Source: Candidatus Thalassarchaeaceae archaeon
GTDB lineage: Archaea; Thermoplasmatota; Poseidoniia; Poseidoniales; Thalassarchaeaceae
Length of the DNA: 64,000 nucleotides
Assembly: GCA_030747395.1 (NCBI GenBank)
Contig: JASLKT010000001.1
Span: 4,661 to 68,660 of the forward strand
Direction of reading: 5' to 3'
Shown one piece after another: positions 19,010-28,729 of this stretch. Within the stretch, counting starts at the first letter, position 1, and each line of letters starts with the position of its first letter. A program made the position numbers and the translations under genes. The notes beneath the pieces are model-generated. The model did not search any database and was not told where the DNA came from. It saw only the letters and a program-made list of their open reading frames with translations.

Positions 19010-19984
19010 ATGATCATCAGTCGGACCCCGGTTCGTGTCTCATTTTGTGGTGGTGGAACCGACCTTCCAGCCTACTACGTGGGTAGTGAAAATGGTGGGC
19101 TTGTGACTTCAATGGCATTGGCTAAACATATCCATGTCACAGTCAACAAGCGATTCGATAACAGCGTCCGAGTGGGCTATTCTAAAACTGAAATTGTCGA
19201 CAATTTCGAGGAGTTGGAGCACGAATTGGTGCGAGAAGCTATGCGACTTACAGGAGTTACTCATAGTGTCGAAATAACCACGATTGCGGACATACCCTCA
19301 AGAGGCACGGGGTTGGGTTCCTCATCGGCTCTAACCGTCGGATTACTCAATGCCCTCCACACCTATGCTGGTCGAAAACCCGATGCGGCACAACTGGCTG
19401 AAGAAGCCTGTCGAATTGAAATCGACATCCTAGGCCAACCTATCGGCCGACAAGATCAGTATGCCGCTGCCTTTGGTGGCGCAAACCAGATTGCCTTCCA
19501 TCCCGATGACAGTGTGATTGTTACACCTGTCAATCTCGATGCAGCCTCCTTGGAGGAGAACTACTTCCTTGTCTATACAGGCATCACTCGGAAGGCGACC
19601 GATATCCTTGCCGTACAGAGTGCAACTTCCGATCAGAAGCGAGACAATCTCGATACACTCCGCGAACAAGCCATTGAAGTCAGAACTGCGCTTGAATCAA
19701 ACAATCATGATGCGGTCGGCACTTTGCTCGACTCCTCCTGGCAAATCAAGCGAGGGTTGGTCGATGGCATCACGGTAGCGGAACTGGATGAACTCTATTC
19801 AAGTATCATCGAAATGGGGGCAGCAGGAGGGAAATTACTCGGAGCTGGTGGTGGAGGATTCTTCCTGTTCCAAGGTGATGCATCAATTGGTTCAAAGGTC
19901 GCTGGAATGCACAAAGTCATCCCTCTCGTCCTTGATGATGTGGGCAGCATCATCATTTTCGATGACGGCGCTCGTCAGGAGTGA
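19010..19984 (+). CDS. GHMP-family sugar kinase (HddA/heptose-7-phosphate-kinase-like)
   Basis: PVRVSFCGGGTDLPAYY N-terminus and PSRGTGLGSSSALTVGLLNAL GHMP motif. 324 aa. Confidence 0.7.
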   Translation: MIISRTPVRVSFCGGGTDLPAYYVGSENGGLVTSMALAKHIHVTVNKRFDNSVRVGYSKTEIVDNFEELEHELVREAMRLTGVTHSVEITTIADIPSRGTGLGSSSALTVGLLNALHTYAGRKPDAAQLAEEACRIEIDILGQPIGRQDQYAAAFGGANQIAFHPDDSVIVTPVNLDAASLEENYFLVYTGITRKATDILAVQSATSDQKRDNLDTLREQAIEVRTALESNNHDAVGTLLDSSWQIKRGLVDGITVAELDELYSSIIEMGAAGGKLLGAGGGGFFLFQGDASIGSKVAGMHKVIPLVLDDVGSIIIFDDGARQE

Positions 19985-19988
19985 TTCG

Positions 19989-22229
19989 ATGCGCAAAGCA
20001 GTGCTGCTCGTCGGAATTCTAATTCTAGCCAGTATCCCCGTTTCCGCAGATGAGCCTACAACGATTCACCTGTGGAGCGAACAGGCACCCGGACCTGTCC
20101 TCTTGTGGAAGAGTGGTGAGGATATGATCAATGTTGATCCTAACCTACCAATCGATCTTGATATTCCAGCAGGGAACTATTTCTTTGTCAGACTCTTCGA
20201 GGGTATTCCACAGATGAACAGATTGTTGTTTAGCGAAAGTACGAACGTCACTGACTTCCTATTGGAGAATCTCACTCATTGGAGTTCAATGGCCGGCCAG
20301 ATGATACCTGGCCCGGCGCTGATTGAAGGAAATGCGCATCTAGACATCACAGGGCCCATTGCCAGAAGTGAGGCAATGAACGCCACTTGGACATCGTCCA
20401 CGAGACTGCCCGCCTCTCTGGGCCATCCTGGACTTGAGGGTGCGTTCAGAGGAATTATGGAACAGATGACATTGAACGGTTTCGCAGACGAAAATGCATT
20501 CACTGCTTGGGCTATCAACAACACGGAGATTGGATGCTGCGCCTATGACCACAACGACATGATCGCCTCAAACATATCGATTTCAGTCATCTTTGACGGC
20601 CCGATTTGGGGTTGGGACATCAGTGCAGAGTTCGTCGGTCAAGGCGATGGTCGAAGCACTAGGCTCCTCGATATTCCAGTAACTGGATTCGTAGAAGATT
20701 TCACCGATCTGCGAATCACACTTCCTGAACCACATGAGATTCGCTACAGCCCTCAAGAGGATTACATCACAGGAACACCTGATGATTTTGTAATCCACCG
20801 GGGCGATATCCCCGTCACTGGTAATGCAACCATTGCACTTGGCATCAATGTCGCCCCGGTTGTAGGAATGCATGTGACCGATGGTCAACTCCCATGGCTT
20901 CCATTCGGTCAACTTTCAGAAATTGTTTCTGATTGCACGGATTCATCGATTTCCGAACCCGAAAGTCGATTTATTCTAAGAAATGGGAATTCAACATTGC
21001 TCGATGAGCAATCACTCAATCTTACCATCGATGCAATGTTCCTCAATTTGTCTCCAAGCACATGGTTGAATCTCACACTAGAATGCACCGACCCACAAGG
21101 TCTGATGTCCAATGAATCGATGGAGATTTACATCGATGGTGTGCTACCGACCCGCACATTGCAAATGCAGTATTTACATCCAGATGACCCCAGCCCCGTC
21201 GATGCTGATTATGGCAATCAATCCATTTCAATTCCTTCCGGGGCTGTGCTTTCGGGGGCGGTTCAAGCCGGAGATGATTCGGACCCCCCTGTCGACATTG
21301 AATGGACCAGTAACAAGAGTAGTGGATGGATTCATTTGGGGATTGGAAATCATGCGTGGAATGACATTTTTGTGCAGGGCCCTCACATCAATGGTCAGCA
21401 TTTGAGCATCGAAGATCGACACCAAACAAAGACACTCACCGTATACAGTTTACAACTAAATCTCACCGATGCAGCTGGAAATATTCAAACTCAAAATTGG
21501 GATGTAACTGTGACTGACCGCACGAGCCCCACACCACGACCTGCTCTCAGTATCGATGGAAATTACTACGGGGATTTGAATCACCCAATCGAAGGGGGTT
21601 CACCCATCGATGTAAGCATGAATGAATCATGGGATGATATCGATGCAATCGAACAACTCACTTGGTCGGTGGAATTGAATGGTGAAACTTTGAATCTCAC
21701 AACATGGGAGGATGTTCGATCCTTCACGCTCCCTGAATTGAAGACGGGGCGACATGCACTCGTTGTCAATGCAACCGATTCATCGGGCAATACTGGAACC
21801 CATTCAATGATGTTCGTCGTTGAGCCCCCGTTCGGAGCATTGTACCGAATAACAGATGTTGTCAAGGTTGGCGATGGTGGGCCTGGTGATCAGGGAGCAT
21901 TGGATGTCACAATCGCCAACGACGCTCAAGGTGAAACCTACTTCCGATTGTGCTACCTGACCGACTGCACCTCACAATTCAGGGCAGTGGAAGCCAGTGT
22001 GGATGGGCCGGGTGAAATGACGCATCGAATTCCTGTGAAAGAATGGGCTTCGGGCGAGATTAACATTCGAATCGAATACCCCGACAATACGACCAGCGAA
22101 TATCAAAGTGGATTGAATATTGACTCAGAGATGACACCCTTGATGTGGATTCTACTCGCACTGCCCCCTCTTGCTGGATTGGTGGCATTTTTGCGACTAA
22201 AGCGTCAACCCGATGATAAGGAATCATGA
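19989..22229 (+). CDS. secreted, C-terminally membrane-anchored surface protein, unknown function
   Basis: Internal ATG at 19989 gives the signal peptide MRKAVLLVGILILASIPVSA. The annotated ORF start 19788 would overlap the kinase gene. C-terminal TM WILLALPPLAGLVAFL then a basic tail. 747 aa. Confidence 0.55.
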   Translation: MRKAVLLVGILILASIPVSADEPTTIHLWSEQAPGPVLLWKSGEDMINVDPNLPIDLDIPAGNYFFVRLFEGIPQMNRLLFSESTNVTDFLLENLTHWSSMAGQMIPGPALIEGNAHLDITGPIARSEAMNATWTSSTRLPASLGHPGLEGAFRGIMEQMTLNGFADENAFTAWAINNTEIGCCAYDHNDMIASNISISVIFDGPIWGWDISAEFVGQGDGRSTRLLDIPVTGFVEDFTDLRITLPEPHEIRYSPQEDYITGTPDDFVIHRGDIPVTGNATIALGINVAPVVGMHVTDGQLPWLPFGQLSEIVSDCTDSSISEPESRFILRNGNSTLLDEQSLNLTIDAMFLNLSPSTWLNLTLECTDPQGLMSNESMEIYIDGVLPTRTLQMQYLHPDDPSPVDADYGNQSISIPSGAVLSGAVQAGDDSDPPVDIEWTSNKSSGWIHLGIGNHAWNDIFVQGPHINGQHLSIEDRHQTKTLTVYSLQLNLTDAAGNIQTQNWDVTVTDRTSPTPRPALSIDGNYYGDLNHPIEGGSPIDVSMNESWDDIDAIEQLTWSVELNGETLNLTTWEDVRSFTLPELKTGRHALVVNATDSSGNTGTHSMMFVVEPPFGALYRITDVVKVGDGGPGDQGALDVTIANDAQGETYFRLCYLTDCTSQFRAVEASVDGPGEMTHRIPVKEWASGEINIRIEYPDNTTSEYQSGLNIDSEMTPLMWILLALPPLAGLVAFLRLKRQPDDKES

Positions 22230-22270
22230 CGGGGCACCTATCTTAGAGGTGGGCTGCATCGCCGGAGGCG

Positions 22271-24010
22271 ATGGAACACCTTGAGTCACCCTCGGCACTC
22301 ATCGATGCAGAGATTGTTGAGCAGAAGGAAAGGGTGACCCGTCTAGCCTTGGCATGTGCTTTAGCAACCATCGCAACGGCCGCATGGTACATGTGGCCGG
22401 CACTCGATGGGGATGCGGTTCTCTTTGATCGCCTAGGAGCGGTTGGATTGTTACTTGCCGCATCTCTATTGCTACAGGATTTGGTTGAACCTGACGCACG
22501 CGCGCGAGGACGCTTAGGTGCTGTAAGTTGCCTCGCCTGGCCAGCCATCGCTGTTCTAGGAGTCGAAGCAATCACCACAACAGGAGCTGTTCAAATCGGA
22601 CACGGACTAATGTTCGTCATCTCTGGAACGTGTTTACTCGCATCACGAGAATTGCTTCGAGGGAACTTGGATGCACAGCGATTTCGTGGCATCATGACAT
22701 TGGGTGGTTCAACGATTGGCGGTGCCGTCATGTTGTCATCCCAATTTGAACAAGAACCGATGATTGCCGCTTCTGTAATTCTAGGTCTGGGGGTTATCTC
22801 TGTCGCCATGGATTTGTTTGGTGGCGATGAGGATCGCGCCGAACGCAAACGCTTCGGGAATACTCTGGATGCCATCGAAAATCGTATTCTCAAATTACAG
22901 GCCAATGGGGTTAGTCTAGATCAAGCTTCGAGTCTTTGTCGAAACGCTTCAGAAGTGGGTTACAAAAATCCTGAAATGGGATTCTCAATTCTAGATGATG
23001 CGGAAGAAAATATTGAGCGGACGTTGGCATTGGCAGAAGATATCTCCGAAATTCGCGCCGTTTGCGCGGCCGCCGTAGAACAAGCTGCAGAAATTGCATC
23101 GACGGCCAAAAAACCGCAACGCAGCATGGATGCAGGAGATAGAGAGCGAGACCTTGGAAGCCTACGGGAGGCTGAGATGCTGTATCGACGCGCCAAGAAG
23201 CTCGCTCTGAACGTCGTCGAACATTGGAAAGCGGCTGAGGATCAAATTGCTGAATCGAGTCTTCTGATTGCTGAACTTGAAGGTAGTCAGCATCAGCAGT
23301 TGCATGAATTGTTACTCCAGGCTAAGGAAGCGCTCGCCAAGGAAGATTGTGTATTGGCATTGGAGATTGCTGAAACCATTCCCGACCATGTCGCCAATCT
23401 TGGTGAAGCCAGTGAAGGTGCTGAAGAGGCATATGATGAGGCTGTGAAAATCATGGAGGAGAGTGAGGGACTCGACCTCAAACTCTGGAATGAGCGCCTT
23501 GAGAATGCGAAGATGCATCTAGATGAAGGTGAGTTCAGTCTGGCGCGCGGTGTCTCAGATGGTATTGTTCGAGAAGTGCGCAAGGAGCGCGAAGCGATGG
23601 GCGAAGTGCAACGTGCACTACGCCAGAAGAAGAAACTCAAGGAGAGATGGAAGGGGCGCGCCGATTCTGACGAATGGGAAGAGCGATTGAAGAATGTGAC
23701 CGATGCCTCCAAGCGCAAATCCTGGTCACATGCAGGGGCCCTTCTGGAACGACTCGCGGCTGATCTCGATACGCTGGATGCGGCGAGTGGAGATGCAGAA
23801 GAATTACTCACCTATGTTCAAAATGAATGGACGGCACTGCGCAAGAAGTTGGAAGGCCGTGGAATCAAGGCGATTGATGGCGAACGTGCGGCTTGTGAGA
23901 AGGCCGTTGGTGATGCCAAGGCTGCGTTTGAGGAAGGGCGGCTGGAAGAGACGCTCAATGCCTTAGGCGAAGCCGATGGACTGATGGAAAAGTTGCGGCG
24001 TAGAGTTTAG
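22271..24010 (+). CDS. membrane protein with ~4-5 N-terminal TM helices and a long cytoplasmic coiled-coil/charged domain
   Basis: 579 aa. Hydrophobic N-terminal 190 aa, then an E/R/K/A-rich helical region. No recognizable catalytic motif. Confidence 0.5.
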   Translation: MEHLESPSALIDAEIVEQKERVTRLALACALATIATAAWYMWPALDGDAVLFDRLGAVGLLLAASLLLQDLVEPDARARGRLGAVSCLAWPAIAVLGVEAITTTGAVQIGHGLMFVISGTCLLASRELLRGNLDAQRFRGIMTLGGSTIGGAVMLSSQFEQEPMIAASVILGLGVISVAMDLFGGDEDRAERKRFGNTLDAIENRILKLQANGVSLDQASSLCRNASEVGYKNPEMGFSILDDAEENIERTLALAEDISEIRAVCAAAVEQAAEIASTAKKPQRSMDAGDRERDLGSLREAEMLYRRAKKLALNVVEHWKAAEDQIAESSLLIAELEGSQHQQLHELLLQAKEALAKEDCVLALEIAETIPDHVANLGEASEGAEEAYDEAVKIMEESEGLDLKLWNERLENAKMHLDEGEFSLARGVSDGIVREVRKEREAMGEVQRALRQKKKLKERWKGRADSDEWEERLKNVTDASKRKSWSHAGALLERLAADLDTLDAASGDAEELLTYVQNEWTALRKKLEGRGIKAIDGERAACEKAVGDAKAAFEEGRLEETLNALGEADGLMEKLRRRV

Positions 24011-24020
24011 GTGAAATGAG

Positions 24021-24611
24021 ATGCAATGGGATGAAAGAATTGAGAATCTGAAAAAAGTCACTGGATTCCCAAAGGCCCTATTCATGAGCGATGACGGACG
24101 CGTAGTTGGAACATGGATTATGGGCAACAATTACCAAGTCAAATCTGGATACTATGGTGGCTACCCAGCAGGATACCTCAAGAGAATTAAAGCGCTATTT
24201 CCCGACAAAGAAAACGTGCTTCACCTCTTTTCAGGCAAGGTAGATTTGGAAGCATTCCCTGGGAAAACTGTTGACATCAATCCCGACAGAGGCGCTGATT
24301 TTGTCGACGATGCTCAGAGTCTAGAAAATGTCCCTATTGAAGAATTTGATTTGGTTTTGGCAGACCCCCCATATTCGATTGAAGATGCAGAACGTTACCA
24401 AACGACGATGATTAAGAGAAATAAAGTCATGCAAGCCCTCGGAAAGAAGGCTGTGAAAGGAACCCATGTAGTTTGGCTCGATCAAGTATTGCCGATGTAT
24501 CGTAAGGACGAATGGGATGTCGTTGCGGTGATTGGAATGGTGAAAAGTACCAATCATCGGTTTCGGGTAATCACTATTTTTGAGAAAAATTGTGACCCGA
24601 AGGCTCAGTAA
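24021..24611 (+). CDS. small SAM-dependent methyltransferase with DPPY catalytic motif (amino-MTase type, target unknown)
   Basis: 196 aa. Motif I-like HLFSGK, acidic VDINPD, FVDDAQ, and FDLVLADPPY (motif IV). Shine-Dalgarno GGTGA upstream. Confidence 0.5.
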   Translation: MQWDERIENLKKVTGFPKALFMSDDGRVVGTWIMGNNYQVKSGYYGGYPAGYLKRIKALFPDKENVLHLFSGKVDLEAFPGKTVDINPDRGADFVDDAQSLENVPIEEFDLVLADPPYSIEDAERYQTTMIKRNKVMQALGKKAVKGTHVVWLDQVLPMYRKDEWDVVAVIGMVKSTNHRFRVITIFEKNCDPKAQ

Positions 24612-25360
24612 CTTAGTCGTTGGAGTTGGCGCCCAATCGCTTCTTCCATCGACAGGCGCCCCACAGCAACCGCTTGGGCCAATCGCTGAGAAATCGTCAC
24701 CTGTCCACCTGAGACTCGACGACTCAATCTCTGCACTTCCTTGATTTCACCATGCGTCGGTACCACGGGTTGCTTCTGAGTGACAAGTGAGCCGTTCATC
24801 TTCGCAATTCGAGTCGCTGAAGCATGATGCTGATTACGCTGTAATCCGCGCGATGTGCGACGTTCATCTACACGCTCAACCTTCAGGCCCCGCGCAAGGC
24901 AGACATTGGCCAAACGATTGGAAATCGTTCGCGAACCGTCGCCAATTCGAACCGTCAAAGAAGTGTGACCAATATCTTCAGACAATTTACAGATACGATC
25001 TACGGTGGCATCTACCGATTCAAATTGAGCCGTACCCAATACTCGTCCATCACCTACCCAAGCAAGCCCAGGACGAGGTCCAGGATCGATTCCAAATGTC
25101 AAATCCTTGACAATGCCACCTTTGGACATCAATCGCAGGGCCTGATCAATTGCATATTCCACCGATTCTAGCGTTGCTCCGATGCCCAATGGGTCGGCAG
25201 CGGCCTCGACCTCCTCATGTGTGGCCAACCAAACCAGTGCTGAAGGGGGCAAGGATGCGTCCCTCTCAAGGTGGGCACAACGAACCCGCCTTGCCTTCAG
25301 ACTGGCCAGCAATCGATAGGCCAGACGGAAATCTGCCGTTCGGACGACGACTTCACCCAC
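24605..25360 (-). CDS. RNase H-fold YqgF/RuvC-like nuclease-domain protein with N-terminal extension
   Basis: FGIDPGPRPGLAWVGDGRVL...VRIGDGSRT...VERVDERRTS resembles the YqgF/RuvC-like resolvase family, including its conserved vDERlTS segment. 251 aa. Confidence 0.45.
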   Translation of the reverse strand: MGEVVVRTADFRLAYRLLASLKARRVRCAHLERDASLPPSALVWLATHEEVEAAADPLGIGATLESVEYAIDQALRLMSKGGIVKDLTFGIDPGPRPGLAWVGDGRVLGTAQFESVDATVDRICKLSEDIGHTSLTVRIGDGSRTISNRLANVCLARGLKVERVDERRTSRGLQRNQHHASATRIAKMNGSLVTQKQPVVPTHGEIKEVQRLSRRVSGGQVTISQRLAQAVAVGRLSMEEAIGRQLQRLSY

Positions 25361-25495
25361 GCTAATGGGTTCCTCTGTAGATAGTCAAACCTTCGCATTC
25401 TATGGGACCGAATTTCCTCGTTTGCCAAACAAATCGTGCGGAGTCGCGGGGGTTGAGCGAACACTGTAATAGCCGCGGATGGGCCGGCTTCGCCG

Positions 25496-26128
25496 ATGGC
25501 CTCGTCTTACGAGCGCGAATTAAGGGCGGTATTGGCCGGTTCCCCCGATGGGGTCCGCGCCGTCACACGCTCGTGTACAGAATTGGAACGCGCAAGGGCG
25601 ATGCAAGTCGTTCAAAGGCCATTTCTGGTGGTTCGAGCCGCTGGTAGTGGCATGGATGGAAGTGGGGATTTGCTCGCCTTGCGCGGCGATATTTGTTTTC
25701 CAATCGAAGTCAAAACGCGGGCTGACAAAAAGGTCTACTTTTCAGGACAAACCGAAACTCAATTGGAAGCGATGAAGGAAATTGGCGAAAAATGTGGTCT
25801 CATGCCGTTGTATGCGCACAGACTCAAGGGTGTTCGAGGTGACTCATGGCGGATATTCCGAGTGGAAACTTCTACCTTAACGGGGAGATTGGCGACACTG
25901 TCCAAGCGAATTCCAAAATTGCCCTTAACACGAACTGGCAAACCGCATCTGGATTGGGATCAAGGTCTTCCTCTCCACCAATTCCTCGGTGTTGTTTGCA
26001 GAAATTCTGAGGAAAATGGTTTGTCAAGAATTGTGACCGAAGCGTTGTCCATCAATATTGAGCCTGAAACCGTCATCGAGGTCGAACCAGAACCAATGCC
26101 AACTTGGATGCAGAGATTTAGAGTCTAA
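25496..26128 (+). CDS. hjc: Holliday junction resolvase Hjc (PD-(D/E)xK) with ~80-aa C-terminal extension
   Basis: YERELRAVL...VVRAAGSG...GDLLAL...IEVKTR carries the Hjc catalytic E, D and E-x-K signature. 210 aa versus ~130 aa typical. Confidence 0.7.
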   Translation: MASSYERELRAVLAGSPDGVRAVTRSCTELERARAMQVVQRPFLVVRAAGSGMDGSGDLLALRGDICFPIEVKTRADKKVYFSGQTETQLEAMKEIGEKCGLMPLYAHRLKGVRGDSWRIFRVETSTLTGRLATLSKRIPKLPLTRTGKPHLDWDQGLPLHQFLGVVCRNSEENGLSRIVTEALSINIEPETVIEVEPEPMPTWMQRFRV

Positions 26129-26352
26129 ACATCCTCTCCTGAGAGAAGAATCTCGAGTTTGTCAATGGCAACACTTTGACGGCCGATATCGCGCCCCAGT
26201 CGCTCATAGTCAGCTTGCTCAATCATGCGACGTATGGCGTCTCGATCTCTCAGTAGAGTGTTGACCCTGCGCTGAATTCGTCGCGCCTCATCGGAGTCAA
26301 CCATGTTACGGCGAGAGGGGTTGTCGCCTTGAGTTCTCTCCCGATGCTTCAA
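26125..26352 (-). CDS. small charged helical protein (hypothetical)
   Basis: 75-aa ORF filling the Hjc/S2P intergenic gap. R/D/E-rich. No motif, could be non-coding. Confidence 0.3.
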   Translation of the reverse strand: MKHRERTQGDNPSRRNMVDSDEARRIQRRVNTLLRDRDAIRRMIEQADYERLGRDIGRQSVAIDKLEILLSGEDV

Positions 26353-27873
26353 GAAGAAGTGGGAGTAGGGCTACTCGTGAGCGATGCACGGCGGACGCGC
26401 GACCGGCGCGCACTCATTCTGATTTTCATCAGCGCTTTTCTGACCGTGCAAGTGCATTGGGCATTTGCCGCTCTGTGTATTTGGGTGCTCCTTTTGGGCC
26501 AATTGGAACGTCGCGGGGTGCTGGATCGGTGGAATGCAACTCGAGTGTTGGGGGGCCTCCTGATGCTACGCACAACGCGAGGACAGGATACGATTGAGAA
26601 AGCGGCAACACCGCGCAAATTCTGGCGAGCGTATGGTGAAGTTTCTTTGTGGACTTGTGCAATTGTCATGGTCTTCATCGTCGTGTTTCTACTCCTTTCC
26701 TTTTCTTTAGCCCTATTCATGGGGGTCGAAAACACGGATGCTCCCGCAAGCCATCTGATTCCATTCCCTGGTGTCAGTCCAATCATTCCGTTTTGGTGGC
26801 CTGCAATCGCATTTGTTGGTGCCCTTGTCATCCACGAGTTTGCTCATGCTCTGCAAGCGCGCGCGCACGGGATGCGCGTACGGTCTGTGGGTGTGCTAAT
26901 GTTGGGACCTTTTCCAGCAGGAGCATTTGTCGAACCGGAGTATGAAGAGTTGACTAAAGCGCCACGGCGAGAACGTGCACGATTGTTTGCAGCCGCGCCA
27001 GCAACCAATCTCTTTGCGGCCTTTTTCACTTGGTTGTTGATTTGCCTACTGGCTACACAATTCGCCGTTGTGAATCCGGGGGTGCACGCAAGTGGAATTG
27101 TAGAAGATTCAGCCGCAGCAGAATCTGGCTTGGAGCCGTGGGAAATCATCACACACTTCAACGGAACTTCCGTCGATTCGGCAATGGAGATGTCAGAACT
27201 GTTGAATGATCATTCTGCAGGTGACACCGTGGATCTCATTGTACTCGGTCATCCGGATACAGACGGAGAACGAACAGAACGCGTTGTGAGTGTGACACTC
27301 ACGAGTAAACTGGATTATTTGCAATCACAAAATGCCACAGACGAACAAATCGAATATCTCGAAGTTGATGAGGAAAGTGCATTCCTCGGTGTTTCAGGAA
27401 TGGCTGGTGGTTCAAGTGGTATTGACAGATTGGCAGGACCAACCGCTTGGGAACAAGATGTTCCTTGGTATGTTGATGCCCTTGGTGTTGCCATTCAACC
27501 GATTGTCCTCATCGGTATACCTCTTGATTTTGAGGGGCAAATAATGGAGCCTCAAGAGATGGAATACATCGAAGCGGATGGATGGTTGGGCAGTATTCTT
27601 GGCACCACCGTGTTAATGGCGTTGATTACGCTCCTGTTCTGGTTCGTCTGGTGGAATGTCGGACTGGGTTTGGCAAACCTGATCCCAATCATTCCGTTTG
27701 ACGGTGGACATTTGATGAAGGATTTCTTGGGGGTTGTTGTCGGAGGAGTTCACAGACTTTCAAAGAACCATCATCCACTCAAAACCGAGGCCACCGTCTC
27801 AAGGATCTCTTCTTTCAGCAGTCTCTTTTTGTTCATGGGATTGTTGATGATTATCATCGCCCAGAGAATCTAG
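26329..27873 (+). CDS. site-2 protease (M50 family, RseP-like) with PDZ domain
   Basis: HEFAHALQARAHG (HExxH) in a TM helix, PDZ-like middle region, C-terminal FDGGH motif. 514 aa. Confidence 0.8.
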   Translation: MSSLPMLQEEVGVGLLVSDARRTRDRRALILIFISAFLTVQVHWAFAALCIWVLLLGQLERRGVLDRWNATRVLGGLLMLRTTRGQDTIEKAATPRKFWRAYGEVSLWTCAIVMVFIVVFLLLSFSLALFMGVENTDAPASHLIPFPGVSPIIPFWWPAIAFVGALVIHEFAHALQARAHGMRVRSVGVLMLGPFPAGAFVEPEYEELTKAPRRERARLFAAAPATNLFAAFFTWLLICLLATQFAVVNPGVHASGIVEDSAAAESGLEPWEIITHFNGTSVDSAMEMSELLNDHSAGDTVDLIVLGHPDTDGERTERVVSVTLTSKLDYLQSQNATDEQIEYLEVDEESAFLGVSGMAGGSSGIDRLAGPTAWEQDVPWYVDALGVAIQPIVLIGIPLDFEGQIMEPQEMEYIEADGWLGSILGTTVLMALITLLFWFVWWNVGLGLANLIPIIPFDGGHLMKDFLGVVVGGVHRLSKNHHPLKTEATVSRISSFSSLFLFMGLLMIIIAQRI

Positions 27874-27874
27874 G

Positions 27875-28729
27875 TTATTCTTCTTCTTCGTGTTGCGCTT
27901 GCGCAACCTCTGGAGCAGTTTCCATTACACGATTGGCTACTCGTTCCCAAATTGCTGGAATTGCGAGTAGGATGAAAGCTGTGAACGCCAATTTTGTCCA
28001 AGTTGAACTAGGAACTGAATCACTGTTGTTTGACAAACCCAACTTGATGGCGCCTACCCACGGAATTTCAGCCCCTGCTACACCAACAACCCACTCCCCC
28101 TTGACGGTTTGAACGGGACCCACACTTCCATCCGAATTTGTCCCAGAAAGTCCGGGGCCCTGATTTTGGGCGTTCGCTGCAGGTTGGTCGATCATGCAGT
28201 CGTTGTTGTCTCCCTTGGTTAGAAAGCCCTCATGAACAGGGTCCCAATTCTCAACCTTGAGATCGTATTCCCCCCCATGATATGGACACTGGATGTCAAA
28301 TGTCCATGTGATGGTCTCTACGTTTCTGAGCGTGGTTCCGGGTGCATCCCAACCACCTGATTCATTGGCGACGACCTCGAGGAGTGCTCGGTGAATCACA
28401 GGCGTATCTGTACCGCCATTTTTCTGATAGATGATGACATCACCAGGCATTCCGTGACTCTCATAGTTCTCGTAAACACCACCTTCTTCGGTTGCTTCGG
28501 CGAAGGTGATGATATTTTTCCGGTCATCTGACATCACGAGCACGAGATCACCTGCATCGATAGAGCCAATCTCCCCATTTTCATCATGCTGCATAGAGTT
28601 GGATTCAATCACGACCATCGGTGGCCAAGAGCCTGTCATCAATACGAGTACAGTAATCAGGGTGGCGATGAGGCCGCCGGCTAGAACGGCCTCACGCATC
28701 CAGGACCAAGCCTCGCCCATTGGGCTCAC
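27875..28729 (-). CDS. signal peptidase I (S26, archaeal/Sec11-type)
   Basis: N-terminal TM then VVIESNSMQHD...GDLVLV (S-M catalytic serine box). C-terminal TM. 284 aa. Confidence 0.7.
   Translation of the reverse strand: MSPMGEAWSWMREAVLAGGLIATLITVLVLMTGSWPPMVVIESNSMQHDENGEIGSIDAGDLVLVMSDDRKNIITFAEATEEGGVYENYESHGMPGDVIIYQKNGGTDTPVIHRALLEVVANESGGWDAPGTTLRNVETITWTFDIQCPYHGGEYDLKVENWDPVHEGFLTKGDNNDCMIDQPAANAQNQGPGLSGTNSDGSVGPVQTVKGEWVVGVAGAEIPWVGAIKLGLSNNSDSVPSSTWTKLAFTAFILLAIPAIWERVANRVMETAPEVAQAQHEEEE

Noticed and set aside
22243-22578. ORFs 22243..22578 and 22299..22571 (- strand) overlapping the 5' end of the membrane coiled-coil gene
   Set aside because: Arg/Ala/Ser-rich antisense translations of a GC-rich coding region. 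No start context.
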